Positions 37,076 through 47,161 of a stretch of DNA of 58,098 nucleotides are shown in pieces. Under the pieces are notes generated by a model, which worked only from the letters and a program-made list of their open reading frames with translations, had not been told where the DNA came from and did no database searches. Each line of letters begins with the position of its first letter. Positions within the stretch are counted from its first letter, which is position 1. Where the stretch lies: positions 62,001 through 120,098 of the IMG/VR virus record IMGVR_UViG_3300033143_005075, one strand, 5' to 3'. A program made the position numbers and the translations under genes. This DNA comes from an uncultured virus (IMG/VR IMGVR_UViG_3300033143_005075). Lineage: Duplodnaviria > Heunggongvirae > Uroviricota > Caudoviricetes.

Positions 37076-39102
37076 TATGCACTCTCCACATATTCGATAC
37101 TAAAATGGCACCCTGCTCTGAGATACTTTCGAACTCTGTTTCGGATAAAGGTTTCTACATACTCTTCCACATCATGATCAGGATCATTCCTAAGCAATCT
37201 GATGAGCTTTGTGTCATATTGCTTCATCTTCTCGATCAATTCAGTACGGATTGTTTCTGGAATGCGCACAACTGCAATGTTGTCAAGATTATAATTGAAG
37301 GCATTCCAATGTGCAATATCCAGGTTATGACGAATATCAGGATGGAGATGTTCCAGATATGTCTCAGACTCTCTCACTCCTCCACCTGCTCTTCTGATAT
37401 CAATGAACTCCAAGCTTGCTGCAGTTACTGGGGAAGTTACAGATACCACACCAAGAATGATTGGATGTAACTCATCACCGGCGCCGCTATCGATGTATTC
37501 TGGAATAAGATTATACAGATTGCTTTGTCCTAAATCATCTGTTTCGACAATGTAATCAATTGCGCCATCGATGGTTTGCTTATAACTCGGTACAGTTTCG
37601 AAGAGCATTTCTGGATGCTTATATATGTTCAGATGGAAGATACTTCTTCCCATCGATGCTTTCAGTTCACTCTGAGGTAACATATATATCACAGCATATT
37701 TATCCACGATATAATCTGAGACTAAGTCAAAGATTCTATATGCGTTAACACAGAGCTTATCATATGGAACATATTTATGCATTGTCTTGTATGTAATTAT
37801 TGTATTCCCATGATGGAATGGGAAGTTTGATTGAAGATGAATGATTCCATTTTTGGAATCAATGTCAGTAATGAATGATGTTATATCTATATTGTTTGTT
37901 CTGATGCTGATTCCAGAGAAACCAGTCGAGTTTCTGATTGATAGAATATTATTATACTTTGTCTTAATCTTACCCGCGGTGAGCATCTGAGCAATCTCAG
38001 TGTGCTCTTTAATGATAAAGCCATTTGTTCTCTGGAAGGAATTCTCCTCCAGTAGGTTGTATGTATATCCATCAATGATTGTATCTTGTGATGCTGTCTC
38101 TATGAACCACATCTGATCATGTGGTACATCCTGTGGTTCTAGGAGACCAATCTTTGAGTTCCTTCTGGCTACTTGCTTCACATATATAGTATCATGGTCA
38201 TTGAGTTTAGTTGAGATCGAATAGTCTGTCTCGATGACATACTTCATATCATTCCTATCTTCAGATGTAAATGCATCGATCTCTTCATAGATAGTGATTG
38301 GATTAATAATCTCCTCGCGTTCTTCTGTAACAATGTTCTCATCCACTGTACGATACTTTACTATGAATGTCTCATCTTTCTGAGGAGTCTCCTTTAGATA
38401 TATTGTACAGAAATATAAGTCATTGAGTGTTGGATTGATTGTGTCTTCAGCAAATTCATCTGCTCCGCCTGGGTTGGTTTTGAATCTATCTAATACAATC
38501 ATGAATTCATCTTTTGGAAGGTCATCTCCCTCTTGATCAATCACAGTGATGTCATGATTAATAGCATAGAAGCTAATCCTAATGGTTTCAGTATTATATG
38601 TAGCGACACTAAGTTTGATGGATCTGCGCCCAAGATCTAGCACATAATCATCTGTATCTATTGTAGTCCATGATGCACCATCCAGCCATTGGACTATTAC
38701 TGTATTTCTTACCACGAGTTCTTCTGATGTCTGAGGTACAAAGCTATATTCAGTACCCTCAGTAACATCAGTGTGTTTGATGTTTCCGATTCTTGCTGTA
38801 GTGTTATGATATCTCTCTGAGACAGAATACTGATACCATAGCGGTATCCGTCTTCCTTCACTATATACATATTGTGACTGATTGGTGATCATAATATCAT
38901 TGGTCGCATTAGGGAAAGACAATGCGCCACTTGGACTTGAATCTGTCTGTATTGTGCCAGTTAGTACGGGGAGTAGATTATCTGGATACGTGATAGACTT
39001 GTCCTGGATCTGAATACAGTCCTGTGACTTGAGCCGTGTCGCTTTTACAAATGCGATATTCACGTTATCGTTATTTAATCTATTAGCGATAATGGGCTTC
39101 AT
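37075..39102 (-). CDS. Putative virion structural protein, 675 aa
   Basis: Long beta-rich ORF in the baseplate block, with C-terminal DIRRAGGG motif. Confidence 0.55.
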   Translation of the reverse strand: MKPIIANRLNNDNVNIAFVKATRLKSQDCIQIQDKSITYPDNLLPVLTGTIQTDSSPSGALSFPNATNDIMITNQSQYVYSEGRRIPLWYQYSVSERYHNTTARIGNIKHTDVTEGTEYSFVPQTSEELVVRNTVIVQWLDGASWTTIDTDDYVLDLGRRSIKLSVATYNTETIRISFYAINHDITVIDQEGDDLPKDEFMIVLDRFKTNPGGADEFAEDTINPTLNDLYFCTIYLKETPQKDETFIVKYRTVDENIVTEEREEIINPITIYEEIDAFTSEDRNDMKYVIETDYSISTKLNDHDTIYVKQVARRNSKIGLLEPQDVPHDQMWFIETASQDTIIDGYTYNLLEENSFQRTNGFIIKEHTEIAQMLTAGKIKTKYNNILSIRNSTGFSGISIRTNNIDITSFITDIDSKNGIIHLQSNFPFHHGNTIITYKTMHKYVPYDKLCVNAYRIFDLVSDYIVDKYAVIYMLPQSELKASMGRSIFHLNIYKHPEMLFETVPSYKQTIDGAIDYIVETDDLGQSNLYNLIPEYIDSGAGDELHPIILGVVSVTSPVTAASLEFIDIRRAGGGVRESETYLEHLHPDIRHNLDIAHWNAFNYNLDNIAVVRIPETIRTELIEKMKQYDTKLIRLLRNDPDHDVEEYVETFIRNRVRKYLRAGCHFSIEYVESA

Positions 39103-39788
39103 AATGTAATGATCACCTGTTCTATATCGTTGATCTGCGTTCTTGCATTCATAATGAACTCAGGATCTATAATATTTGTAGAGAATGTAATATTAGACCC
39201 TGGTACTAGTTTCTGGTGAGTGTTTACAAGCACGTATCTAAGATAGTTTATCGCTGATACGATCTGAGTAAATAGTGATTTATCTACTACAGATGAGGTC
39301 GTAACTTCTGCTGATTCACTCAGTGCACCAAGTCTGCCTACTGGCCAAAGAGTCTTCTCCAGATGAAGATCTAATTCTGCAGCATTGATGGCTGTGATTA
39401 AGTTCGTTAGATGTACCTTCTTTAGAGGACACAATATCCAGTTGTATTTGGTTGGTAGTATCTTCTTTCCAATATAGAAGTTATTTTGTCCTATCTTTAT
39501 TGGAAGATAGTCAATCATAATCCATCCTAACATGTCAGATACTATGCTAAATCTACCCTGTCCTTCTTCTTGAGTGGTAACCAATATTCCATTCAGATAT
39601 ACTCTCAGAGAATAATCCTTTGCAATGTATTTAGTTACATGGATGGCGCCCACTTCATGTAATCCAATAGTGACATATGGAACTATTATTGCTTCCGGCA
39701 CTTCGCCCACAACCTTGGTATACCAAAGGCTTGTTCGTCCTATCTCAAGTGCTTCCAGTCCTGTCTCTCCGCCGAGCCAGTTAGTCAT
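39099..39788 (-). CDS. Putative virion structural protein, 229 aa
   Basis: Translationally coupled on both sides; SLRVYLNG beta motif. Confidence 0.55.
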   Translation of the reverse strand: MTNWLGGETGLEALEIGRTSLWYTKVVGEVPEAIIVPYVTIGLHEVGAIHVTKYIAKDYSLRVYLNGILVTTQEEGQGRFSIVSDMLGWIMIDYLPIKIGQNNFYIGKKILPTKYNWILCPLKKVHLTNLITAINAAELDLHLEKTLWPVGRLGALSESAEVTTSSVVDKSLFTQIVSAINYLRYVLVNTHQKLVPGSNITFSTNIIDPEFIMNARTQINDIEQVIITL

Positions 39789-41865
39789 AATTTACTCCAA
39801 TTAGGTCAGCTGTGTGTGAAATTAGCATTTCCCAGCCAACATAACCACCACTTAGTGCTGCATTGAAAGTCACATGTGCATGACCTTCCCCATCATACCA
39901 CAGTTCTGATCCTCTGTCAGTTACCAAAGGTTCAGAAAATGAGGTCAGTCCTGGTACATGGTGCGCATCAGAGAAATCAGTTGCAGTATATAATCTCACC
40001 ATTTGTTCGCCACCGTATGGGTATGTATTAAGCTCTATTTCTGGAGTAGCTCCGGAGAAGTCCACATACTGGAATTTTGTAGCTATATTAGGTATAGAGA
40101 ACCCATCTACTGGTGTATCAACATATCCATCGATGGATGTTCCAACTGACAGGATCCGAAAGTTGAGGATGTCTGAGATTGTTGGTGTTCCTGAGATGGA
40201 TAGCCTGATTGCATTATCAGTTGTATAGTTATTGAAGTTATGTATCCTGATTGGGAGTTCAGCGCTTCCGAATATGTCTGTCTCAGCATATTTGACTAAG
40301 CCTATGTCACCAGAGACATCGAAGTATGCTCTGGCTGGCATTGCATATGTCTGGACTGCCTCGATCGCTCTGAAGAGTCCGATCTGATATGAGTCAAATA
40401 TATCCCCAGAATATGATTCATCAAGGATGGCCTTATGCTCGATGCTTCTTACCCTGTTTCCAGATGGATATGATAAAACTTCATATTCATCAAGTGATTG
40501 TGTAGATGATATTATGTCACCTGATAAGTTCTCGAGGTATTTCTCAATGTCGAATCTGACTATGACACCACTGAGAGGTGCGCCATCTTCATCGCGTATA
40601 TTAGCTACGACATGTATAAGATTTGTATCACCAGAGACTACTTCTGTAGAGACTACTGGTTGGATCACGCTCTGAGTGAGATACCCAGCAATGCTATATG
40701 GATCTTTCTCTTGTGACTGAATCGCAAAGATCCTATCTCCATCCTCCCATGTCAGCGGAGAGAGATCAGTATCTGGGAGAATACATTTATCTTCACCCAG
40801 TTCTTCATATGTAACCACTAAACTGCCTGAGGTTATTGTCTGTACTGTGCCACTGTGGTCATAATAGTTTGTTGCGATAGGATTACCAGAGAGCTCTCTA
40901 TCCTCGATCTCAGTACCACTGATATATACTCTAGACAAACCTTCGGCTTTATGGAATGGAGATAGAGGTGTAACATTATCATTCCATTCTTCAGAGTGAT
41001 GATCATGGAATTGGTCACTCTCAAAGATCAGATGACCAGACACGAGACCACTTTGGCATCCGGCCGTCAGAGGATCTATGGTTCCAACTCTGATCATGAT
41101 TGGAGCATAGTCATTTGGTGTACCTGATAATACAGAACCAGATATGTGATCTGGGAAGACCTCAGTTACCTTAGATCCATATAGATATGTTTCCTGTCCA
41201 TCCAGATATAGATAGCCATCCTGTAATTCAGGAGCATAGTTATAGATATTGCCATGATCAATTGATTGTTCACGAATTAAACCAGTGAGTATATCACCAC
41301 TAATCGTGAACTGTCCTGGTCCAATGACATCATTAGGATCAAAGTTCATGATCCTGATCATATTGAGATCATCTTCAAATCCTATTCCACATCGTGCTTC
41401 GGAGTTTGTCTCACCAGATTTATCATAGTATGTATTGAAGACTCTAGTAAATCCTGAACGTACGTCTTTGGCATCTAACCAGCTTTCATCTGCTCTTATA
41501 TGTCCCCAGTTAGATATATTAATAGCTTCAAGGCTTGTAATCCGATCAGTCATGTTTGCTGTAGGTTCTCCACTTAGGAAGAAACCATTAGCATCGTTAT
41601 AGAGAAATCCTTCATCATTCAAATAGTGTATACGAATATGATCTGCATCTGTATCAGTATATCCAAGTGTAGCGTCTCTGAGATTAGCGAGAAGATCTAA
41701 TAGCTCTTGAGTTGGATCACCATTCTCATCCAGGAGGCTTTCTACATCAGGGATAGAATCCAAGCTATCTATTCCGGCATGGAAATCGAAACCTGCGGCA
41801 GCATTCTGGAACTCAGAATTGTTCTTTACCAGATACTCAAGTATAATATGTCCACTTAGATCCAT
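39781..41865 (-). CDS. Putative baseplate protein with Ig-like (Big_1-like) domain, Ser-Gly rich
   Basis: VVANIRDEDGAPLSGVIVRF...AETDIFGSA pattern; about 22 SG dipeptides by manual count. Confidence 0.6.
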   Translation of the reverse strand: MDLSGHIILEYLVKNNSEFQNAAAGFDFHAGIDSLDSIPDVESLLDENGDPTQELLDLLANLRDATLGYTDTDADHIRIHYLNDEGFLYNDANGFFLSGEPTANMTDRITSLEAINISNWGHIRADESWLDAKDVRSGFTRVFNTYYDKSGETNSEARCGIGFEDDLNMIRIMNFDPNDVIGPGQFTISGDILTGLIREQSIDHGNIYNYAPELQDGYLYLDGQETYLYGSKVTEVFPDHISGSVLSGTPNDYAPIMIRVGTIDPLTAGCQSGLVSGHLIFESDQFHDHHSEEWNDNVTPLSPFHKAEGLSRVYISGTEIEDRELSGNPIATNYYDHSGTVQTITSGSLVVTYEELGEDKCILPDTDLSPLTWEDGDRIFAIQSQEKDPYSIAGYLTQSVIQPVVSTEVVSGDTNLIHVVANIRDEDGAPLSGVIVRFDIEKYLENLSGDIISSTQSLDEYEVLSYPSGNRVRSIEHKAILDESYSGDIFDSYQIGLFRAIEAVQTYAMPARAYFDVSGDIGLVKYAETDIFGSAELPIRIHNFNNYTTDNAIRLSISGTPTISDILNFRILSVGTSIDGYVDTPVDGFSIPNIATKFQYVDFSGATPEIELNTYPYGGEQMVRLYTATDFSDAHHVPGLTSFSEPLVTDRGSELWYDGEGHAHVTFNAALSGGYVGWEMLISHTADLIGVNYD

Positions 41866-43967
41866 ATAAGTGCATCCTCATTCACCTTTAATGTATCATT
41901 CTCTATTCTAAACATCTCTGTTTCACCTGAATAGAACATAAACTTTGAATAAAGATATGCGCTATCTCGATATACCTTATCTTCAGTGATTGTATCCCAC
42001 CATACAGGAACATCGTTATGTCTTAAGAGTGTTCCGCTGATTCGCTCACTTGCCGGTGCTGATGATAATCGATATGTCAGTGGATCAGTTATAATATATG
42101 GTGATGATCTCAAAGATCTTGCGATTCCATAATGGATACCCTGTGGGTCCATTGTCCATGGATTATCATATACATCTAAGCATGTTTCTTTTAGACTACT
42201 ATTGTTCTCTCCTGGATGCCTCTCTAATCCGCGCTCGAGCGCGTATTCATCGAAGACATTCCACAGATGGAAATATGTTTGAAGCATTGTTGCTTCTGGA
42301 TATGGTGTGAGAGAATCATATTTCTCTCTAAACACTAGGTTGCTTTTAGTCGTTCGTTCATTAACATCTCTCGAATAGACATCCACAAGAGGATAAAGAA
42401 ACTTTAGATTATCACCATCTATTGTCATTAATCTATCTGAATCTATAGAACCAAGAGAGGTAACGCCAGACGAGAGACCTTCTCCATCCCTGATACGAAT
42501 ATCTGGATCCCCATTCATAATGTTTCCTGCATGTACTGGGAGCTTTACAAGCGATGCTTCTGGATTAGATATACTAGTCTCAATGAGATATATCCATGTC
42601 TTTCCATTGATGATGACTAGAACATATATAAGATTATCGATATATGTAATCCCGCGGAATTGTGTATTCTTGTGTTCATAGGGAAGGATGATTTTAAACT
42701 TATCTCTATTAATACCAATTGCGTCATATTTTACTGCCCAGATGCAACGATTTATTTCATCCAAGTAATAGAATACTCCAAGTGATGGATCATATGCTGA
42801 ATCAATATACCCTTCGTCAAAATTAGTAAGCAAGTGTCCAAATGTCTCGTTCCTAAATGATTCCATTGATAAATCAATCCGCACATCTGGACCAACTGCA
42901 TTCCTATAGAATGAAGTAGTTCCAGCATATCCATCTCTTGGAATCTGGAAGGTGATCGAATATGCACCAGCTGCTCCGAATTCCAGGATATCGCCACCAT
43001 CTGGTCTTATTGTATTAGCAAGAGTTTGTACTCTGAGGAGATCTAGTTCATCAATGACTTCGTCTCCATTGAGATCATATTGTGCATACAATTCATCCCA
43101 TGCGACAGGGTCATCAGAACGCTTTATTCCAAGATGTGGAATAATTAGTTGTTCTTCTCGTGCATCTATGATACCATCATTATCTAGATCATCTCTGGTC
43201 TCGTATACTGTTTTCCAGTCTTGTGTATTTGTCCAGGTCGTTAAGTCTTCTCCATCAGAAGTAACATTGTCTATTGTTCTGGTTATAGTTGGCATAGATC
43301 CTAGATGATAATCTAGCACCATTCTTGAACCCGATATTGCAGCTTCAAAGTCAACAGTTATATCAGTATACATTGGATCTACAAATGTTCTGAGACCAAG
43401 CTCAGCTTCTGCAATATTACTAAACTGTTCTGGTATTGTAATGCCGTGTGCATATGAAGGCTCAACGGTTTCCCCGGATAGTTCACCAGAGACGGTCGTT
43501 ATTAGATACTCTCCTGCTGTAGTGTCATACTCGCCCATTTGCGGGACGCCAGATAATCCAAGGCTATCAATTGGGAGTGATCCAGAGACGAAGAATCCAG
43601 TTGGATTTGCAATTCTGAAATTATCAGGTGTAACTTCGGTAATACCGATTGCTACACCAGAGATATTTCCATTTACTGAGTCAACAGCATTTAGATATTG
43701 ATCTGAAGATCCATATTGATTTGGATGGTTAGATATATCATCTTCATCAGACACCCATGCTTTGTATGGAAAGGCATCTGGATCAGCAGTTGCTAACGTC
43801 AAGCTTCGCTCGAGTTCTGGTAGCATTAGTTCCAGATCATCTAATAGTAGACTGAATGGATTGATCATCCTACGCGCAAAAGAGTTTAGATCTCTCTTTG
43901 CTGCGGACCAACCAGGCCAATCTTTTAGTATCTGACTCGTAAATAGTGATGCAGTTGATCTAGGCAC
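41856..43967 (-). CDS. Putative baseplate wedge-like protein with dockerin-like Ca-binding pair
   Basis: Follows the baseplate J-like gene. WNVFDEYALERGLERHPGENN..L motif, plus DLDNDGIID and DLNGDEVIDELD. Confidence 0.6.
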   Translation of the reverse strand: MPRSTASLFTSQILKDWPGWSAAKRDLNSFARRMINPFSLLLDDLELMLPELERSLTLATADPDAFPYKAWVSDEDDISNHPNQYGSSDQYLNAVDSVNGNISGVAIGITEVTPDNFRIANPTGFFVSGSLPIDSLGLSGVPQMGEYDTTAGEYLITTVSGELSGETVEPSYAHGITIPEQFSNIAEAELGLRTFVDPMYTDITVDFEAAISGSRMVLDYHLGSMPTITRTIDNVTSDGEDLTTWTNTQDWKTVYETRDDLDNDGIIDAREEQLIIPHLGIKRSDDPVAWDELYAQYDLNGDEVIDELDLLRVQTLANTIRPDGGDILEFGAAGAYSITFQIPRDGYAGTTSFYRNAVGPDVRIDLSMESFRNETFGHLLTNFDEGYIDSAYDPSLGVFYYLDEINRCIWAVKYDAIGINRDKFKIILPYEHKNTQFRGITYIDNLIYVLVIINGKTWIYLIETSISNPEASLVKLPVHAGNIMNGDPDIRIRDGEGLSSGVTSLGSIDSDRLMTIDGDNLKFLYPLVDVYSRDVNERTTKSNLVFREKYDSLTPYPEATMLQTYFHLWNVFDEYALERGLERHPGENNSSLKETCLDVYDNPWTMDPQGIHYGIARSLRSSPYIITDPLTYRLSSAPASERISGTLLRHNDVPVWWDTITEDKVYRDSAYLYSKFMFYSGETEMFRIENDTLKVNEDALIWI

Positions 43968-43976
43968 ACGTTATCC

Positions 43977-45116
43977 TTATGAGACGAACATAACAGCATC
44001 GTCTTCTCTTGATATAATGAACTTCTGGTCAGAAGCAGAACGTTGTGAAGATAACACACATCGTCTCTCGTTAAGGAAGAGACATCTAGTATTATGTCTA
44101 GTTACATTGGGAACATTATCGATTGTTTCATCAAGTGTTGTTATATTTAGTTGGGATCCGGAAGGGATCGCATCTATATAATCCTTGATCACAATCATAA
44201 CATCTGACTTTGTGCTTTCAATGATGCTTTCATCATCAACATCCAATTGTAACTGTATCTTTATTACCAGATATTCTGATCGAATCACTCTTGCATATGG
44301 AGTAATAGATCTGATAACACCATCTGCGGCATCGAGAGTGGTGTCAGAGATGATTGGTTCTCCTGTCACTAATCTAACACCGAGTGTTCCTACCCCGAAT
44401 GCATCTGTTACATATTCTGCATCTAGAATACCTAAAGTCTTCAGAGCGAATGTGATCGCACTATCATTTGTGCCATTCGAGTTTACTCTGTCATATAATC
44501 GATCTCGTAGAGAGTTATCATCCTCCAGAGTGGATTCCAGTTCTATGGGCTGGTTATTTGTGCATAATATTGTTACTTCTATGTTGGGATCCATCTCAGA
44601 TATAATTACTGGTGTTACTTGATGTTCAGTTATTGCATTCTCTGGAATATAAAGTGCAGATGCGTCTGTTCCTTGTATTCTTACAAATGCGGAATGGGAA
44701 TCAGCATCGAAAACCGCAGCATCTAATGTAATGAAATTAGTAACACCATCCGAGACATTCTGTCCAGCTGGAATTTCGAATCCTGTTCTATCAATTGTAT
44801 AATCTTTTGCTGTGATTTCATTTGGAAGATAGAATCTAAAGTTGCCATATGTATAGTCCGCTGCTGGTATACTGGTCTTTCTTATCACACCGAACCCTCT
44901 GGCTATCTCATCTAGATCTATTCCAAATGCACTAGATATTCTATGTGACTGATGTATATCAAATAGAGTTGCATAGAGATCTGTGATTCTTATCTGGAAT
45001 GGGTACATTATGAGACTTAATACAGATGCATCCTCAGTATTGATAATACCTGAGGCTTGCCATTCCCCTATAATTCTTTCTGTGACATCTTCCGCTGAGA
45101 GAAAACTGAAAGCCAT
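43977..45116 (-). CDS. Baseplate J-like wedge protein
   Basis: Motifs SSAFGIDLDEIARGFGVIRK, IPAG..V......F.T, EDDNSLRDR and GT..AI. Confidence 0.85.
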   Translation of the reverse strand: MAFSFLSAEDVTERIIGEWQASGIINTEDASVLSLIMYPFQIRITDLYATLFDIHQSHRISSAFGIDLDEIARGFGVIRKTSIPAADYTYGNFRFYLPNEITAKDYTIDRTGFEIPAGQNVSDGVTNFITLDAAVFDADSHSAFVRIQGTDASALYIPENAITEHQVTPVIISEMDPNIEVTILCTNNQPIELESTLEDDNSLRDRLYDRVNSNGTNDSAITFALKTLGILDAEYVTDAFGVGTLGVRLVTGEPIISDTTLDAADGVIRSITPYARVIRSEYLVIKIQLQLDVDDESIIESTKSDVMIVIKDYIDAIPSGSQLNITTLDETIDNVPNVTRHNTRCLFLNERRCVLSSQRSASDQKFIISREDDAVMFVS

Positions 45117-45125
45117 GACCTACTC

Positions 45126-46157
45126 CTATAATAATGGGCTTGTTCTATATTGTATAATATATGTTCCTGGATTAAGATATCTTTCCAGTATAATATCATG
45201 TACTACATTTTCGGTAGCAAAAGAGAAAGCAAGATATTCAGGAGGTGGTAATTCTCTTTCGGTTTCTACGATACCAGTTGCTCTAATGATAATATCTTCA
45301 TAGTCAATAACATATCCTAATGCTTCGTGTGTATCTCCAAATGTAAGATCAAATCCATCTATGCTATCTTCAATATATTCATATGGTGATGGGTCTAGTC
45401 CTGTTTTAGTTAGTGTGACTCCGCTCACACTAAATGATGATAGGATAATCTTCTCATCCTTTAAGATGGGAATCTCATCATCGAGTGATATCGATAGAAA
45501 CTCTTGTGGAACCAGTGTACCAGAAGGATAGTCTATTCCTTCCTGTGCCATCACAATCGTACCAGAGATAGTTTGTAGATTTGTAACAATATCTTCTTCA
45601 TTAACAGTGACAGCATCTGTTGAATTAAATACGAGAACTGATGAGATATCTGGATTGTATTTAACTCTGATCTTATTGTCTCTCTCAGTGATTGTCACTG
45701 TCTCGATTATTGTTACTGTACTGGATGTGTCATATATATCTGAATTGAACTTATCTGGAATATTCTGTATAAATCCATTATTCATCAGAATATTTCCAGC
45801 GATAACGAGAGACTCTCCTTTATTGTCTTGTTCTTCTATGGTTATTTCCATCTTTAGATCTTTGATATCAGTCGGATAGACATCAACATCAATAATATGT
45901 TCACTGAATGCATCTAGAAATGAGATCTTATCGAGAAAGTCGCTTCTAATAATCTCTGCAGATGCCTTTGTATTTGGTAAGCCAAGATAATCTCGTATAC
46001 CAAATGCCATTGATGGATCAGTTGGAACGTCTTCTGCTTCTGAACGAAGAAATCGTAGCATATTTTGGTATACTAGATTTAGTCCTTCAACGATTATGAG
46101 ATCTCCATTGAATGCAATATCTCCAGTATCAGAAAGAAGAATATCAGCAAGTACCAT
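45126..46157 (-). CDS. Baseplate wedge/sheath-initiator gp25-like protein with C-terminal extension
   Basis: N-terminal DILLSDTGDIAFNGDLIIVEG...Q..LRFL.SE.....P..AFG+.DY+G.PN; directly upstream of baseplate J. Confidence 0.7.
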   Translation of the reverse strand: MVLADILLSDTGDIAFNGDLIIVEGLNLVYQNMLRFLRSEAEDVPTDPSMAFGIRDYLGLPNTKASAEIIRSDFLDKISFLDAFSEHIIDVDVYPTDIKDLKMEITIEEQDNKGESLVIAGNILMNNGFIQNIPDKFNSDIYDTSSTVTIIETVTITERDNKIRVKYNPDISSVLVFNSTDAVTVNEEDIVTNLQTISGTIVMAQEGIDYPSGTLVPQEFLSISLDDEIPILKDEKIILSSFSVSGVTLTKTGLDPSPYEYIEDSIDGFDLTFGDTHEALGYVIDYEDIIIRATGIVETERELPPPEYLAFSFATENVVHDIILERYLNPGTYIIQYRTSPLL

Positions 46158-47018
46158 CTATACTTTTCTCCATTCATTTACAAGATCTATTGCCAATTCT
46201 ACACCTAGCGCTAAAGGAACAATGGCTAGAATCCAATCTAATGAAGGTAGAAACTTTGGATGAGGAGCTAGTATTGGTCCCTGTATTGGGGGATTATCCA
46301 TAGGTGCCACTTCGACTCCTAGTCCCTGCATCTTTCTAACGGGAGAACTTGTGTTCATATTAATTCGTCCAGACATAATCACATCACCATGATCAACAAC
46401 AACACCGGTACCGCCTTCTGAAGTGAGCTTTACTGCGGCGTTTGGTCCGCCATGTACTTCTATTCGTGGATTCGCTGATTTGATACTGGGTGATCTTCCT
46501 GATTCATCAAATCTCTTCTCTCTAATGTTGAAAGCATTTGGAAGTGTAATATTCTTATCAGCTGCTCTTCGTTTCAGTTTATTTATTGCCTCTTTCAGAT
46601 TGCGCGGAACAGCTGGGCAATTCATCTGTATATTAGCAATGTTCTCTACGAATGATTGGTTCGAGTCAAAGCTGAATACCTTCTTGAAGTCAGATCCAAA
46701 TGATCCAGGAAGAGATGGTTCCATTTCCACATTATCAGTCGTTGGATTTGGTAGAACAGTTGCCTGTAGCCTTGCATTAAAATCAGAAGAAGGTTGAATA
46801 GTCTCCTCGCCTCCTGCAGTTGGCGGAAAGAGTACATGAAATTTAGTGCCCGCGGCGAACGTGTTTCCTTTGTCTGCTTTCGATGTGTTATTATATGGAA
46901 CATCATAAAATGCTGTGCTGTCGATAAGAAGGTCAACTGTGCCTTGTCCAGAATCTGGATGGTGACCACATTGTTGTCCTTGGCTTATATATGGAGGACC
47001 AACTTCAGGAGGAGGCAC
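46158..47018 (-). CDS. Putative baseplate spike/assembly protein (5' end uncertain)
   Basis: Lies between the hub and gp25-like genes; beta-strand-rich segment GTGVVVDHGDVIMSGRIN. The GTG start lacks an RBS. Confidence 0.45.
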   Translation of the reverse strand: MPPPEVGPPYISQGQQCGHHPDSGQGTVDLLIDSTAFYDVPYNNTSKADKGNTFAAGTKFHVLFPPTAGGEETIQPSSDFNARLQATVLPNPTTDNVEMEPSLPGSFGSDFKKVFSFDSNQSFVENIANIQMNCPAVPRNLKEAINKLKRRAADKNITLPNAFNIREKRFDESGRSPSIKSANPRIEVHGGPNAAVKLTSEGGTGVVVDHGDVIMSGRINMNTSSPVRKMQGLGVEVAPMDNPPIQGPILAPHPKFLPSLDWILAIVPLALGVELAIDLVNEWRKV

Positions 47019-47161
47019 ATTTCCAGTGAGCCAGATTTCCCCGATGAGAATAGACGGATGTTCTTATTTTCGAATCTGTCTGCCACCTATTCCTCCGTTA
47101 GATCCAGATTTCTCATTATAACCGCCAAATTGGACATTGTCAACCGTCGAGATATCAACGA

